A stretch of DNA of 64,000 bases from an uncultured delta proteobacterium (lineage in GTDB: Bacteria > Desulfobacterota > Binatia > JACPRU01): assembly GCA_963745025.1 (NCBI GenBank), contig CAVUWD010000011.1, positions 544,001 through 608,000 of the forward strand. Direction: 5' to 3'. Of the stretch, positions 1 through 10,474 are shown piece by piece. The notes under the pieces are model-generated. The model made no database searches and had not been told where the DNA came from. It worked only from the letters and a program-made list of their open reading frames with translations. The position numbers and the translations under genes were made by a program. Within the stretch, counting starts at the first letter, position 1; each line of letters opens with the position of its first letter.

Positions 1-1751
1 CTCGTCTCCTCCAGACGATCGCGCACTTCCTTCGCCGCTTCGGCGGACGGCGGCGTGAACGTGCCGTCGGCATGGAACGGAATGGTCACCGCCACCTCTT
101 CCTGCGCGCCAGGCGCGAGGTCGAAGGAGTATGACATCGCGGCCGACGCGAAGCCGAAGCGATCCGAGGCTGCGGTCTGCGGCGGAACCTTCCCTTCTTG
201 CATGAAGTCGCGGATCGAGCCGCTCTCGATCGACGTCGCACCGAATTGCTCGGGGAGCTTGGCGAGGATCACCGGCTTGTCGCGATTGACCCACGCGGCG
301 CCCGCGTCGTAGCGGATCGTATGGATCGGGGCCACGCCGCCCACCATGTTGAGCGATTGCCAGGGCGGATCGACCTGAAACGGACGAATCGCCAGGAACA
401 GGCTCACGTGCTGCGGGTGGTCGCGGTGGTTCTCGACGCGATAGAAGGCGTTCAGCGTCGAAGCGCCGCGCTCGCCGGCGGCGAACGTCGTGACGTCGAG
501 GCCGATCTGGTCGAAGTCCCAGTGGACGGACGGGATCGGCAGGTATCCTTCGTCGAGCGATTGACTCGTCCGCGCATGGCTCCAATCGACGAGCGTTCCG
601 TCCACGTAGAGGTAAGGCTCGATCGAGAAGCCTCCCTTCTCCACTTCCAGCATGCCTTCTTCGTTCAGCAGCGCGTTCTTGTCGTCGCCGTCCACTCCGA
701 CGACCGTCCAGTACGTTTGCTTGCCGTAGAAATATTTCGGATAGGCTCCGGGCGGCGATTCGGCGGCGAGTGCGCGGAAGAATTGATTCGGCGTATCGGA
801 GAACTCCAGCGCGAGGATCGAGACGGCGACGATGCCGTAGCCGTGCCCTCGGCTCGACTGCCCGAGGTTGATCCGCACGTAGCGTGATTCGGCGTCCGGC
901 ATGTAGGCATATTCGCGCCCCCCCCTGCCGCTCGCGGCGATGTATGCCGCCTTCCAGTTCTCGCCGTCGTCGGACACCTCCACGCGGTACGCGGTCGCGT
1001 AATCCAGCGGATCCCAGTCGATTCTGAGGCCTCCGTAGTCGCGCTGGCGGACGAAATCGATCTGTAGCCATTGCTCCTCGGGAGAGGGCTCGCTTCGCCA
1101 GCTGGTTTCCGCGCTGTCGTCGAGCGCCCGCTCCGGCTCGTGATCGGCGACAGAGCTCGACGCGCGCACCTTCGCGGTGCGGCGATATTGGCTGGCCGGC
1201 TCGCGCTCCTCGAACTGGAAATCGTCGATCCACACCGACCCTTTGCCGCCGTTGCCGCTGGAGATCGCGAACTCGACCGCGCCCACGCGCTTCGGCGCCG
1301 CCGGGGCGCCCCAAGCGAGCGTGATCCTCGTCTTGCGGATCGTCACCTGCTGCCATTCGGTGGGGAACGCGAAGTCGCGTTGGACCCTCCACCATACGTT
1401 CTTGCCGGAAGGGTCGACCAGCTTGAATTCGAAGTTGTTGCGCGGCGTCTCGCCGCGCAGCTGGAACGTGAAGGCGTAGTTCTCCGGCATCGTCAGGTCG
1501 ATGTCCCTGCGGACGATGACGAAGCCGCCGTTCTTCGGGAGGTCGAAGTCGATGCGCATCGCCATGCCGGCATGGCCGGCGTCCGAAACGATCTGGACGG
1601 TGGCTCCCTCCGACGTCGTCGCCGTCCAGCCGCTGAGCTGCTCGAAGTCGTCGAGCATCGTCTGGGCAATGACCGAATCGCTTCCCATCAGGGCAGCAAC
1701 GAGCACGAGCGCGAGCCCGAATCTCCGTCGCGCCGACGTCGTCAGCTTCAT
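1..1751 (-). CDS. Secreted discoidin (F5/8 type C) domain carbohydrate-active protein, 3' end outside window
   Basis: Hand-translated, not in ORF track: MKLTTSARRRFGLALVLVAALMGSDSVIAQTMLDDFE..., discoidin-like RALDDSAETSWRSEPSPEEQWLQIDF, later AIRPFQVDPPWQSLN; directly follows the sugar ABC permeases. Confidence 0.8.
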   Translation of the reverse strand, partial: MKLTTSARRRFGLALVLVAALMGSDSVIAQTMLDDFEQLSGWTATTSEGATVQIVSDAGHAGMAMRIDFDLPKNGGFVIVRRDIDLTMPENYAFTFQLRGETPRNNFEFKLVDPSGKNVWWRVQRDFAFPTEWQQVTIRKTRITLAWGAPAAPKRVGAVEFAISSGNGGKGSVWIDDFQFEEREPASQYRRTAKVRASSSVADHEPERALDDSAETSWRSEPSPEEQWLQIDFVRQRDYGGLRIDWDPLDYATAYRVEVSDDGENWKAAYIAASGRGGREYAYMPDAESRYVRINLGQSSRGHGYGIVAVSILALEFSDTPNQFFRALAAESPPGAYPKYFYGKQTYWTVVGVDGDDKNALLNEEGMLEVEKGGFSIEPYLYVDGTLVDWSHARTSQSLDEGYLPIPSVHWDFDQIGLDVTTFAAGERGASTLNAFYRVENHRDHPQHVSLFLAIRPFQVDPPWQSLNMVGGVAPIHTIRYDAGAAWVNRDKPVILAKLPEQFGATSIESGSIRDFMQEGKVPPQTAASDRFGFASAAMSYSFDLAPGAQEEVAVTIPFHADGTFTPPSAEAAKEVRDRLEET

Positions 1752-1775
1752 CCGCACCTACCCCCCTCGCCCCAC

Positions 1776-2597
1776 CTACTCCTTCAGCGCTCCGCTCATG
1801 ATCCCGGCGATGTAATATCGCTGGAGTGCTACGAACAGCCCCAAAACCGGCAGCACCGTGAGCACCGAGCCGGCCATCATCAGCTCGGTGTCCTGCACGT
1901 GCTCGCCGAGCAGGTTCGCGAGCGCGACCGGCAACGTGTAGAGGTCGTCGTCGGCGAGCACGATCAGCGGCCAGAGAAAGTCGTTCCACGTGCCGAGAAA
2001 TGTGAAGACGGCGAGCGTCACCAGTACCGGCCGGCAGAACGGCAGCACCAGCGACCAGTAGATGCGGAACTCGCCGGCGCCGTCGATGCGTGCGGCGTCG
2101 AGCAAGCTCTCCGGGATCGACAGCGCGAACTGGCGGACCAGGAAGATCCCGAACACGCTGGCCATGCCCGGGATGATCACCCCCCAGTAGGTATTGACCA
2201 GGCCGAGCTGCTTGAGCATCAGGAAGAGCGGCAGCATCGAGACCTGCGCGGGAATCACCAGCGCGGCGAGCAGCGCGCCGAAGAGGCGCTCGCGCCCCGG
2301 GAAGCGCAACTTGGCGAACGCGTAGCCCGCCATGGAGTTCAGCAGGAGCGAGATGGCGGTCGTCGCCGAGGCGAGCAGCGTGCTGCTCAGCGCGTGACGT
2401 ACGAGGTTCATGCGCGTGACCAGATCGCGGTAATGATCGAGCGTGAACCGACTCGGCAGCAGGCGCGGAGGCACCGCCGTCGCCTCGCCGGTCGGCATGA
2501 ACGACGCCGAAACCATCCAGGCGAGCGGCGAGAGCGTCAGCACGACCCCGATCCCGAGCAGGGCATAGAGCCCCATGACGGTGAGGATCCGCTTCAT
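1776..2597 (-). CDS. Carbohydrate ABC transporter permease (MalG-like)
   Basis: EAA loop SLLDAARIDGAGEFRI, C-terminal QRYYIAGIMSGALKE; ATG overlaps the upstream stop. Confidence 0.93.
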   Translation of the reverse strand: MKRILTVMGLYALLGIGVVLTLSPLAWMVSASFMPTGEATAVPPRLLPSRFTLDHYRDLVTRMNLVRHALSSTLLASATTAISLLLNSMAGYAFAKLRFPGRERLFGALLAALVIPAQVSMLPLFLMLKQLGLVNTYWGVIIPGMASVFGIFLVRQFALSIPESLLDAARIDGAGEFRIYWSLVLPFCRPVLVTLAVFTFLGTWNDFLWPLIVLADDDLYTLPVALANLLGEHVQDTELMMAGSVLTVLPVLGLFVALQRYYIAGIMSGALKE

Positions 2598-3484
2598 CGG
2601 AGCCTCGTCTGCACGAGCGTCAGGCAAAGGATGATCACGAACAGAACGAACGCGAGGGCGGCGGCGTATCCCATGTTCCACCACCGAAAGCCCTGCTCGT
2701 ACATCAGCAGCACGATGCTGAGCGTGCGGTTCGCCGGTCCGCCCTGCGTCATCACGTAAGGCTCGGCGAAGAGCTGGAAGTAGCCGATCAGCGTGATCAC
2801 GCTGACGAAGAGAAACGTCGGCGCCAGCAGCGGCAGCGTGACGTGGCGGAATTGCTGGAGGAAGCTCGCCCCGTCGAGGCGCGCCGCCTCGTAGAGGCTC
2901 TCGGGAATGCTTTGCAGCGCGGCGATGAAGACGATCATGTTGAAGCCGAAATTCTTCCACGCCGCCATCAGGATGATCGACGGCATCGCCCAGCGCGGGT
3001 CGCCCAGCCAATCGATCGGGCCGACGCCGAGCAGGCCGAGCCCTTGGTTCAAGAGACCGAATCGCGGGTGATAGACGTAACGCCAGACGACGGCGACGGC
3101 GACCAGCGTGGTGACGACCGGCAGAAAGAAGAGCGTGCGGAAGAGGCCTTTGAAGCGCACGAGCCGCGCGTTGACGAGCAACGCCGCGCCGAGCGACACT
3201 CCCATCGACAACGGCGCCCCCACCGCCACGAAGTAGAGGGTGTTCTCGAGCGCGATCCAGAAGAGTGGGTCGCGAAGTAGTCGCGAGTAGTTGCCGAACG
3301 CGACGAAGCGCAGGTTTCGCCAGCTCGCGACCGCGTAGATGTCGAAGTCGGTGAAGCTGAGGAGCACCGCGCCAGCCACCGGCAAAAAGAAGAACGTCAC
3401 GATCGCGCACAGCGCCGGCGCGACGAACGCGATCCCGGGGCTCACGCGGAAGGGCGCGGAGGTTCGCTCGGCGGCCGCCGTCAT
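2594..3484 (-). CDS. Carbohydrate ABC transporter permease (MalF-like)
   Basis: EAA loop SLYEAARLDGAS, multiple TM helices, translational coupling to neighbours. Confidence 0.93.
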   Translation of the reverse strand: MTAAAERTSAPFRVSPGIAFVAPALCAIVTFFFLPVAGAVLLSFTDFDIYAVASWRNLRFVAFGNYSRLLRDPLFWIALENTLYFVAVGAPLSMGVSLGAALLVNARLVRFKGLFRTLFFLPVVTTLVAVAVVWRYVYHPRFGLLNQGLGLLGVGPIDWLGDPRWAMPSIILMAAWKNFGFNMIVFIAALQSIPESLYEAARLDGASFLQQFRHVTLPLLAPTFLFVSVITLIGYFQLFAEPYVMTQGGPANRTLSIVLLMYEQGFRWWNMGYAAALAFVLFVIILCLTLVQTRLR

Positions 3485-4719
3485 GAGGGAAGGCGCTCTC
3501 CGCGCTCGATCAGCCAGCGCCGCTTCTCGAGCATCGCATCGACGTTCCGATCGAGCGCCGCGAGCGCCTCGTCGATCGTCACCTGCCCGCGGATCGCGGC
3601 TTCGGCATGGCGGGTGATCTCGTCGGCAATGCGCTCCCACTCGGGGATCTTCGGCGTGGGGCGAACGTGGTCGAGCTGAATCCGAAACGCCCGCGTCTGC
3701 TCGTCGCCCGCCGGTCCCTCCTCGGTCCAAGCGCTCTTCCTCGAAGGCAGATCGCCGGTGAGGCGGTAGAGCGCGATCTGCTGGGCCGGCTCGCTCAGGT
3801 ATTCGAGCCACTGCCACGCGGCATCCTTGCGGGGCGAGCCGCGGAACATGGCTAGGCTCGCCCCGCCGGCGAGCGAAACGCCGGGATAGCGCTGGTCCGG
3901 CGCCGGCCACGGGGCCGTCGCCCATGTCACGGATGCCGGCAGCCGTTCGCGGAACTCGCCGATGTTCCAGGGCCCGCTCACGTAGAAGACAAAGGCGCCG
4001 CGCGCAAAGTCCTGGTAGAGGTTCGCGACCTGGGTTTGCGTCGCCAGCGGCGCCAGCCCGCGGCGGAAGAGATCGACGTAGAACGTGAACGCCGCGCGGA
4101 ACGCGGCGCTCTCGAAGTCGCCGTAGGTGTCGCGGTCGCGAAGCAGGTCAGCGCCGAGCTGGAGCGCGAGGATGACCAGCGGCTGCCATTCGTTCACCGG
4201 CAGTAGCGCCGGAAAGTCGCCGGGAGCCGCCCGCTCCTTCACCCGCGTCATCGCGTCGACCCAGGCCCTCCAGTTGCGCGGGGCCGCGGGGTAGCCGGCC
4301 CCCTCGAGCAGATCGCTGCGATAGAAGAGCAGCCGGGTGTCGACGTACCAGGGGAGCCCGTAGGTAGCGCGCTCGATCACGCTCGTGTCGAGGATGCCCG
4401 GGAAGTAGTCCGCGACCGCGACCACGGGCGAGCTCTGCATCCGCCGGTCGAGCGGCTCGATCGCATTCAGCGCGACGAATTCGGGGATCCACGTGTTGCC
4501 GACCTGGAAGACGTCGGGCATCGCCTCGCCGACGTACGCGGTGAGCAGCTTCTCGTGCGCCGCGCTCCACGGAATCTGTTGCACGCGCAGGCGAATCCCC
4601 GGGTGACGGCGCTCAAAGTCGGGAATCATGCGCTGCACGACCTCACCCTCGCGCCCGAGCGCCCAGAATTCGACGACGGTCGTGGCGGACGGCTCGGACC
4701 GGCAACCCAGGGTGAGCAC
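3481..4719 (-). CDS. Sugar ABC transporter substrate-binding lipoprotein
   Basis: Lipobox-like LTLGC, PDVFQVGNTW, YGLPWYVDTRLLFYR; start uncertain because the frame stays open upstream. Confidence 0.9.
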   Translation of the reverse strand: MLTLGCRSEPSATTVVEFWALGREGEVVQRMIPDFERRHPGIRLRVQQIPWSAAHEKLLTAYVGEAMPDVFQVGNTWIPEFVALNAIEPLDRRMQSSPVVAVADYFPGILDTSVIERATYGLPWYVDTRLLFYRSDLLEGAGYPAAPRNWRAWVDAMTRVKERAAPGDFPALLPVNEWQPLVILALQLGADLLRDRDTYGDFESAAFRAAFTFYVDLFRRGLAPLATQTQVANLYQDFARGAFVFYVSGPWNIGEFRERLPASVTWATAPWPAPDQRYPGVSLAGGASLAMFRGSPRKDAAWQWLEYLSEPAQQIALYRLTGDLPSRKSAWTEEGPAGDEQTRAFRIQLDHVRPTPKIPEWERIADEITRHAEAAIRGQVTIDEALAALDRNVDAMLEKRRWLIERGERLPS

Positions 4720-5164
4720 GGCCAGGGACGCGAGTGCCAGGATCTTCCGCCACGCTCGGCTGTCCCTTGCGAATCGCGTTTCGGCCTCCTCCCGACGAAC
4801 CTCGCCAACACCCTCGAACCCGAGGTCGATCGATCTCTTCTTCGAAGCTAAAGCATTCGACCCCCTGCCGAAAGCGCTCCGGGGGTGGGGAATCCAGATC
4901 GCCCACGGAAACCCGCGCCCGCGGCGCCTGTTGGAAGTATAGATTCGCCATCCCGATCTGCGGTTTTCGGAGGCCGGGAGTCGGATGACCTTGGTCCGAA
5001 ATTCCTACCTCGCTTCCCCGATCGGAAATCCGCGCGGGTCCTCGGTGCGTGCTCCTCCGCTCCCGTACGGATCGGCCCGCAGCCGCATCGGTGCCGCCAA
5101 CGTCCTCCACGGCCGGATCTAGCAAACCACAGCCTGACGGTGGGAGACTGGCGTCGTGTCCGAC

Positions 5165-6418
5165 ATGAAAAAGCCCTTTGGCCCGTTCAGCCGTCTCTGC
5201 CATCTGCCCGGCGATCTCGAGTCCGTGACCGTTCGTGGCGAAGAGGCGGACCCCCGTGAGAGCGGAATCTCACCCGAGGCCGTCGAGCGGCTGTGGCATG
5301 CGGCGCAGGCTCTCTACCGGAGCGGCCTCCATCCCGCGCTGCAGATCTGCATCCGTCGCGAAGGTCGCGTCGTTCTCCACCGTGCGATCGGCCACGCGCG
5401 CGGAAACGATCCCGACGATCCGCCGAGCGCGGCGAAGACGCCGATCCAGCTCGACACGCCGTTCATCCTCTACTCGGCATCGAAGGGCGTGACGGCATTC
5501 CTGATCTTGAAGCTCGACGAGCTCGGCATTCTGCACGTCGAGGATCGCGTCGCGGATTACCTCCCCGAGTTTGCGAAGCACGGCAAGGACGTCATCACGA
5601 TCCGTCACGTCCTCAGCCACCGGGCCGGCGTTCCGAGCGTGCCGCCGGGCGCCGACTTCCTGAGCGATCCGGAGCGCGCGCTCGAGATGCTCTGCGACCT
5701 CCGCCCCGTGTCACGGCCGGGGCGATTGCTCGCGTACCACGCCGTCTCGGGCGGCTACGTGCTCGGCGCCGTCGTGCGCCGCGCCACCGGCGAGGACGCG
5801 CGCGTCGCGCTTCGCAAGCACATCGCGGAGCCGCTCGGGCTTCGCTGGTTGAGCTACGGCGTCCGGCCCGAAGAGGTCGAGGCGATCGCCTACGATTCGT
5901 TCACCGGACCGCCGGTCCTGCCGCCCGTTTCGTGGCTCGTCGAGCGAGCCCTCGGCGACAGCGCCGACGGCGTGGTCCGCACCGCCAATGGCCGCGCGTT
6001 TCGCACCGCCATCGTGCCCGCCGGCAACGTGGTGACGACCGCCGACGAGCTCTCGCGGCTCTACATGTGTCTGGCCAACGACGGCACGCTCGATGGCTCG
6101 CGCTTCTTCGATCGCAAAACGATTCGACGCGCGACCTCCGAGCAGAGCTACTACGAGATCGATTTCACGCTCGGTGCACCGGCTCGTTGGGGACTCGGCA
6201 TCATGCTCGGCGGACCCGTCAGTCTGTTCGGCCTCGGTACGCACCACGCGTTCGGCCACCTCGGCTTCACGAACATTCTCGGCTGGGGAGACCCCGAGCG
6301 GCGTATCGGAGTTGCGATCCTGAATAGCGGAAAGCCGATGCTGAGCCTCGGCGCGCTGCCGCTCGCAAATCTGATCCTGCAGATCAGCCAGACGTTTCGG
6401 AAGGTGGGGCCCGGCTGA
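5165..6418 (+). CDS. Serine hydrolase, beta-lactamase/LipE-like esterase family
   Basis: SxxK motif (YSASK), LSHRAG, AYH, FGHLG. Confidence 0.88.
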   Translation: MKKPFGPFSRLCHLPGDLESVTVRGEEADPRESGISPEAVERLWHAAQALYRSGLHPALQICIRREGRVVLHRAIGHARGNDPDDPPSAAKTPIQLDTPFILYSASKGVTAFLILKLDELGILHVEDRVADYLPEFAKHGKDVITIRHVLSHRAGVPSVPPGADFLSDPERALEMLCDLRPVSRPGRLLAYHAVSGGYVLGAVVRRATGEDARVALRKHIAEPLGLRWLSYGVRPEEVEAIAYDSFTGPPVLPPVSWLVERALGDSADGVVRTANGRAFRTAIVPAGNVVTTADELSRLYMCLANDGTLDGSRFFDRKTIRRATSEQSYYEIDFTLGAPARWGLGIMLGGPVSLFGLGTHHAFGHLGFTNILGWGDPERRIGVAILNSGKPMLSLGALPLANLILQISQTFRKVGPG

Positions 6419-6553
6419 GCGAGGCCGCTCTCCGCGACACGCCCCCCTGCGGGTTCGACAGTCCGGGAGGGGGAAGCCCAAATGCCTCGCGAAGGACGAT
6501 CGTTGTCCGTTCTACGATCGGCACTCGTGCGCGCGGGCGGTTGCGCGACGATG

Positions 6554-8191
6554 TCAGGCAGCAAGCCCGGCGAGTACCCGTCGCAACGTATGCTCGAGGC
6601 CATCCGCCGGTGATCGACTGCGGAAGGCAACGTGCCCGTCGGGACGGACGAGCACCGCCCCGGCATTCCCGATCCCATAGCGCTCTTCGAAGCGGCCGCT
6701 CGCGTCGGTGAAGTCGGCGCCGTTCGCGTAGGCGACGAGCGGGACACCGAGCCGCGCACGCGCCGCGTCTGCGGCCTCGATCCAGCTCGAGCCCTCTCGG
6801 CCAGCAACGACCGTGAACTGCGCCCCGAAGAGGTCGAGCGTCGAGCAGCGCTCGCCGGCGCGCTCGATCCACATGTGCGGAGCCCGCTTGCCGGGCCGCG
6901 CGCTCGGCACATAGTCGATGACCTCGTCGGGGACGCGATCGGGCTCGCTGCCGTCTGCAATGATCGCGGCCGACTCGTAACGAAAGCCGAGCTCCATGCC
7001 GAGAAAGTTTCCGTAGCGGCGCGAGGCCGCGATCGCCTCCGTCGGGGAGAGCGAGCCTCCCTCAGCGGCCGCGTTGATCTGTTGTACCATTCGCGAGTTC
7101 TCGAGCGAGCGCTCGACGTTGTAGCGCGCAACGGCCTGCCGCTCCGTTTCGTACGTCGAGAGAAGCGCCGGACCCGCGAGACCGGCGCGCGCCAGAGCGA
7201 GCTTCCAGACGAGATTGTGCACGCCCTGGATTCCGGTGTTGACACCGAAGCCGCCGGTCGGCGGCAGCTGATGGGCGGCATCACCGACGAGCAGAATCCT
7301 CCCCCTTACGAACTCGCGCGCGACGACGCCGTTCAGCGTCCAGTTGCCGATCGACAGGATCTCGGGCGTCACGTCCGAGTCGCCGACGGCCGCGCGAATC
7401 CACTCGATGCAACGCGTCGCGGTGAAGCTCTCGAAGGTAGACGGAGAGCCGTCGTAGGCGATCTGGCAAAGCCAGCGGCCGCGCGCGTCGAGCGGTTGAA
7501 AGACCCCGCGCGCGTCGCTGCTCACGACCCAAAAAAGCAGCGCCGGGCGATCGGCAACCCAGCGATCGAGATCGGCGCGGAAGTAGACGTTGACGAAGTG
7601 GCCGAGGCCCCGTGGTCCGTCGAGAGCGATGCCGAGCTGCTCGCGGATGCCGCTGGCCGCCCCGTCCGCCGCGAGCACGTATTCGGCCTCCACTCGATAC
7701 CGCCGGCCGCTCGCACGCTCGCTGACGTCGACGAGGACGCGGTCGTCGTGGATTTCGAGCCGCCCCACCTCATGCCCGAAGCGCAGCTCCGAGAGCCCCG
7801 TCGCTTCGGCGCCGCGGCGGAGGATCGGCTCGAAGACGTCCTGCGAAGAAAGCAGCGGGACGTCGGGGCTCACGTCGTCGCCCGGGCCCGTGAAGCCGGC
7901 CGTCGACATGCGTCCGAGTTCTTCGCCGGCGAGCGTTCGCGTGTAAATGACCTGGCTCGTCCACGCCCGCGGCAAGTTCACCGCCGCGAGCTGGTCGTGC
8001 ACCGCCCGTCCCCACCCGCGGGCGATCTCCATCGTGCGGGTGTTCAGGTTGCGCGCCTTCGGATGCCAGGTCGTGCTCCCGTGTCGCTCCAGGAGCAGGG
8101 AGCGAATGCCGCAGCGCGCGAGCTCCAGCGCGGCGACGAGCCCGACGGGCCCGCCGCCGGCGATCACGACGGGGTGGGACGCCTCGCTCAT
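6554..8191 (-). CDS. FAD-dependent monooxygenase (PheA/TfdB-like)
   Basis: GGGPVG Rossmann motif, AADG, GDAAH..PPTGGFGVNTG, C-terminal LVRPDGHV. Confidence 0.92.
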   Translation of the reverse strand: MSEASHPVVIAGGGPVGLVAALELARCGIRSLLLERHGSTTWHPKARNLNTRTMEIARGWGRAVHDQLAAVNLPRAWTSQVIYTRTLAGEELGRMSTAGFTGPGDDVSPDVPLLSSQDVFEPILRRGAEATGLSELRFGHEVGRLEIHDDRVLVDVSERASGRRYRVEAEYVLAADGAASGIREQLGIALDGPRGLGHFVNVYFRADLDRWVADRPALLFWVVSSDARGVFQPLDARGRWLCQIAYDGSPSTFESFTATRCIEWIRAAVGDSDVTPEILSIGNWTLNGVVAREFVRGRILLVGDAAHQLPPTGGFGVNTGIQGVHNLVWKLALARAGLAGPALLSTYETERQAVARYNVERSLENSRMVQQINAAAEGGSLSPTEAIAASRRYGNFLGMELGFRYESAAIIADGSEPDRVPDEVIDYVPSARPGKRAPHMWIERAGERCSTLDLFGAQFTVVAGREGSSWIEAADAARARLGVPLVAYANGADFTDASGRFEERYGIGNAGAVLVRPDGHVAFRSRSPADGLEHTLRRVLAGLAA

Positions 8192-8281
8192 GACATCGAT
8201 TACCACGGCTCGCCCCGCCGGTGGCAGGATCGACGCTGGGGTGGTTGACGACCGTCGCCAGCCGGCTGAATAAGGAGGCAC

Positions 8282-9394
8282 ATGAAACCGAGCGCGCCTC
8301 CCGCCCCGCCGTTTCGCGCCGAGCACATCGGCAGCCTCCTGCGCCCTCGAGAACTGAAAGACGCGTTTCGCGCACGAGCCGAGAAGCGCCTCAGCGATGC
8401 CGAGCTTCGCGACGTCCAGGACCGGCTGATTCGCGCTGCCGTGCGGCTCCAGGAGGACGTGGGTCTTCAGTCGATCACCGACGGCGAGTTTCGCCGCATG
8501 GCGTGGTCGGCGGGTTTCATCTGGGCTCTCGAGGGGCTCGTGCCGCGCGACTCGCTCTTCGAATTCAAGGACGAGCACGGCGATACGATCGGGTGGCAGA
8601 CCTGCTACGCCGAGCGTCCGGTGCGGAGGACCCGCGGTATCACCACCGAGGAGTTCGCCTTCGTTCGCACGCTCACCGAACGCACCGCGAAGGTCACGAT
8701 GCCGGCACCGAGTTTTCTGCACTTTTTCCGCGGCGCCCAGTGCGCGGATCGCGCGGCCTATGCCGACCTCGAGCTCTTCTGGAACGATCTCGTCGAGATC
8801 TACAGGGCGGAGATCGCCGACTTGGCGCGCCTCGGCTGCACCTACGTTCAGCTCGACGAGGTGCCGATGGCGATGCTCTGTGACGCCTCGGTGCGCGACA
8901 GGGTTCGCTCCAGAGGCGAGGACCCCGACGCTCTGATTCGCACCTACGTCTCGGTCGTCAACCGCGTGCTCGCCGCCCGCCCGGCGGGGATGACGATCGG
9001 CATGCATCTTTGCCGCGGTAACTTACGCGGCCACTGGATGGCCGCCGGCGGCTACGATGCCGTCGCCGAGCGGCTTTTCAACGATCTCGGAGTCGACGCC
9101 TTTTTCCTCGAGTACGACACGCCGCGCGCCGGGGACTTCTCGCCGCTGCGTCACATGGCGAAGGACAAGCGCGTGATCCTCGGGCTAGTGAGCACGAAGA
9201 CGCCCACGCTCGAGGAGGCCGAGGCGCTGAAGCGCCGGATCGACGAGGCCTCTCGTTACGTTCCGATCGAGCAGCTCGGAATCAGCCCACAGTGCGGCTT
9301 TGCCAGCACGATCGGCGGCAACCCGCTGCGCGAGGACGACCAGCGGGCGAAGCTCGCAAGAATCGTCGAGGTGGCGAGCGCGGTGTGGGGCTGA
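8282..9394 (+). CDS. Cobalamin-independent methionine synthase II family (MetE C-terminal-like) protein
   Basis: RAEHIGSLLRP, TDGEFRR, Zn ligands HLCRGN and SPQCGFAS; AGGAGG RBS. Confidence 0.9.
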   Translation: MKPSAPPAPPFRAEHIGSLLRPRELKDAFRARAEKRLSDAELRDVQDRLIRAAVRLQEDVGLQSITDGEFRRMAWSAGFIWALEGLVPRDSLFEFKDEHGDTIGWQTCYAERPVRRTRGITTEEFAFVRTLTERTAKVTMPAPSFLHFFRGAQCADRAAYADLELFWNDLVEIYRAEIADLARLGCTYVQLDEVPMAMLCDASVRDRVRSRGEDPDALIRTYVSVVNRVLAARPAGMTIGMHLCRGNLRGHWMAAGGYDAVAERLFNDLGVDAFFLEYDTPRAGDFSPLRHMAKDKRVILGLVSTKTPTLEEAEALKRRIDEASRYVPIEQLGISPQCGFASTIGGNPLREDDQRAKLARIVEVASAVWG

Positions 9395-9649
9395 TCGAGT
9401 AGGATGCCTCAAAGCGAAGCCGACCGAGCGGCCATCGGGAGCGAGGCCCCACCAACGCTAACCGGGTAGTATGCCCCGATCGAAGACGGTCGCGACCAAC
9501 GGGAGCGACCTCTGGGGCAGTCGTTCCGGGCAGCACGCTCGGGCGGAGCGGCCCCGCGACCAACGAGAGCGCGCGTACCGTTAGGTTCGCAACCAACGGG
9601 GGCATCTGTTGGCGCAGACTCTCGTGATGGCGGTCCACGCGACCCCGAA

Positions 9650-10474
9650 TTACGCAATCCTCAGCTGTCCCGCAAAGGCTCCGCGGCCGGTGAGCGCAGC
9701 GGCCCCGCAGCGGGCCGCGAATGCAACGGCTCCTTCGACCGAACCGCTGGCCGCCAATCCATACGCGAGCCCCGCCGCGAAGCTGTCGCCTGCCCCATAG
9801 GTATCCACCAGCGGGCCCGGAAGCTGTGCCGGCGAGAATCGCCGTGCCGGACGGTCGCGCTCCCGGATCTCTCCGCCCTTTTCGCCGTCGGTCAGGACGA
9901 CGAGCTTCGGCGGCGGATGGAGCTCGCCCTCCTGGTAACGCTCCGACGGGTCGCGCAGGCTGCCGACCAGCGCGTCGATGACGATACCGGCTTCGCGTAG
10001 GACCGGAAGGATGCGCGCCGTAGCGACCAGCACGCGGGCGCGCCGCGCGAGCCGGATCGCTTCGGCGTCAGCCGCGCAGAGATAGACGGCGTCCGTCTCC
10101 GAGAGCTCGCCCCAGGGAAGCGGGTCGCTCGCGGCTGCGGCGATGCGGTTGCCGATTACCGTGATCGTGCGCTCGCCCGTCGCGTCCACGAACGTGACCG
10201 CCCGGCGTTGCGGCTCGGGTCGCGTCGCGGCTTCGACGCGCACCGCAAGACGCACGAGTGCCTCGCGCGCGCGCCGGCCGCGCTCGTCATTGCCGAGCGC
10301 AGTGTAGAGCGTACACGAACCGGCGAGCTTGGCGAGCTGCACCGCGGACACGCCACCGCCCCCCGCCGGCTCCTCCCATGCCTCCACGGCGCGGACGATC
10401 TCCCCCGGCTCCGGAACGCGCTCGACGCGCACGAAGTCGACCCATTCGATGTGGCCCAGGACGGCCGTCCGCAT
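9650..10474 (-). CDS. PfkB family carbohydrate kinase
   Basis: AGGGGVSAVQLAKL and DTYGAGDSF signatures. Confidence 0.9.
   Translation of the reverse strand: MRTAVLGHIEWVDFVRVERVPEPGEIVRAVEAWEEPAGGGGVSAVQLAKLAGSCTLYTALGNDERGRRAREALVRLAVRVEAATRPEPQRRAVTFVDATGERTITVIGNRIAAAASDPLPWGELSETDAVYLCAADAEAIRLARRARVLVATARILPVLREAGIVIDALVGSLRDPSERYQEGELHPPPKLVVLTDGEKGGEIRERDRPARRFSPAQLPGPLVDTYGAGDSFAAGLAYGLAASGSVEGAVAFAARCGAAALTGRGAFAGQLRIA

Noticed and set aside
1071-2759. Long antisense ORFs (e.g. 1071-2759 +, 19546-21378 +, 51047-54151 +)
   Set aside because: Shadow frames of real opposite-strand genes in high-GC DNA; no recognisable motifs
4869-4881. GAAAGCGCTCCG, possible LacI-family operator upstream of the sugar ABC operon
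   Set aside because: Single imperfect palindrome and no LacI gene in the window; too weak to call
6482-6613. 43-aa ORF MPREGRSLSVLRSALVRAGGCATMSG..., lipoprotein-like
   Set aside because: Poor hydrophobic core, and it overlaps the 3' end of the monooxygenase
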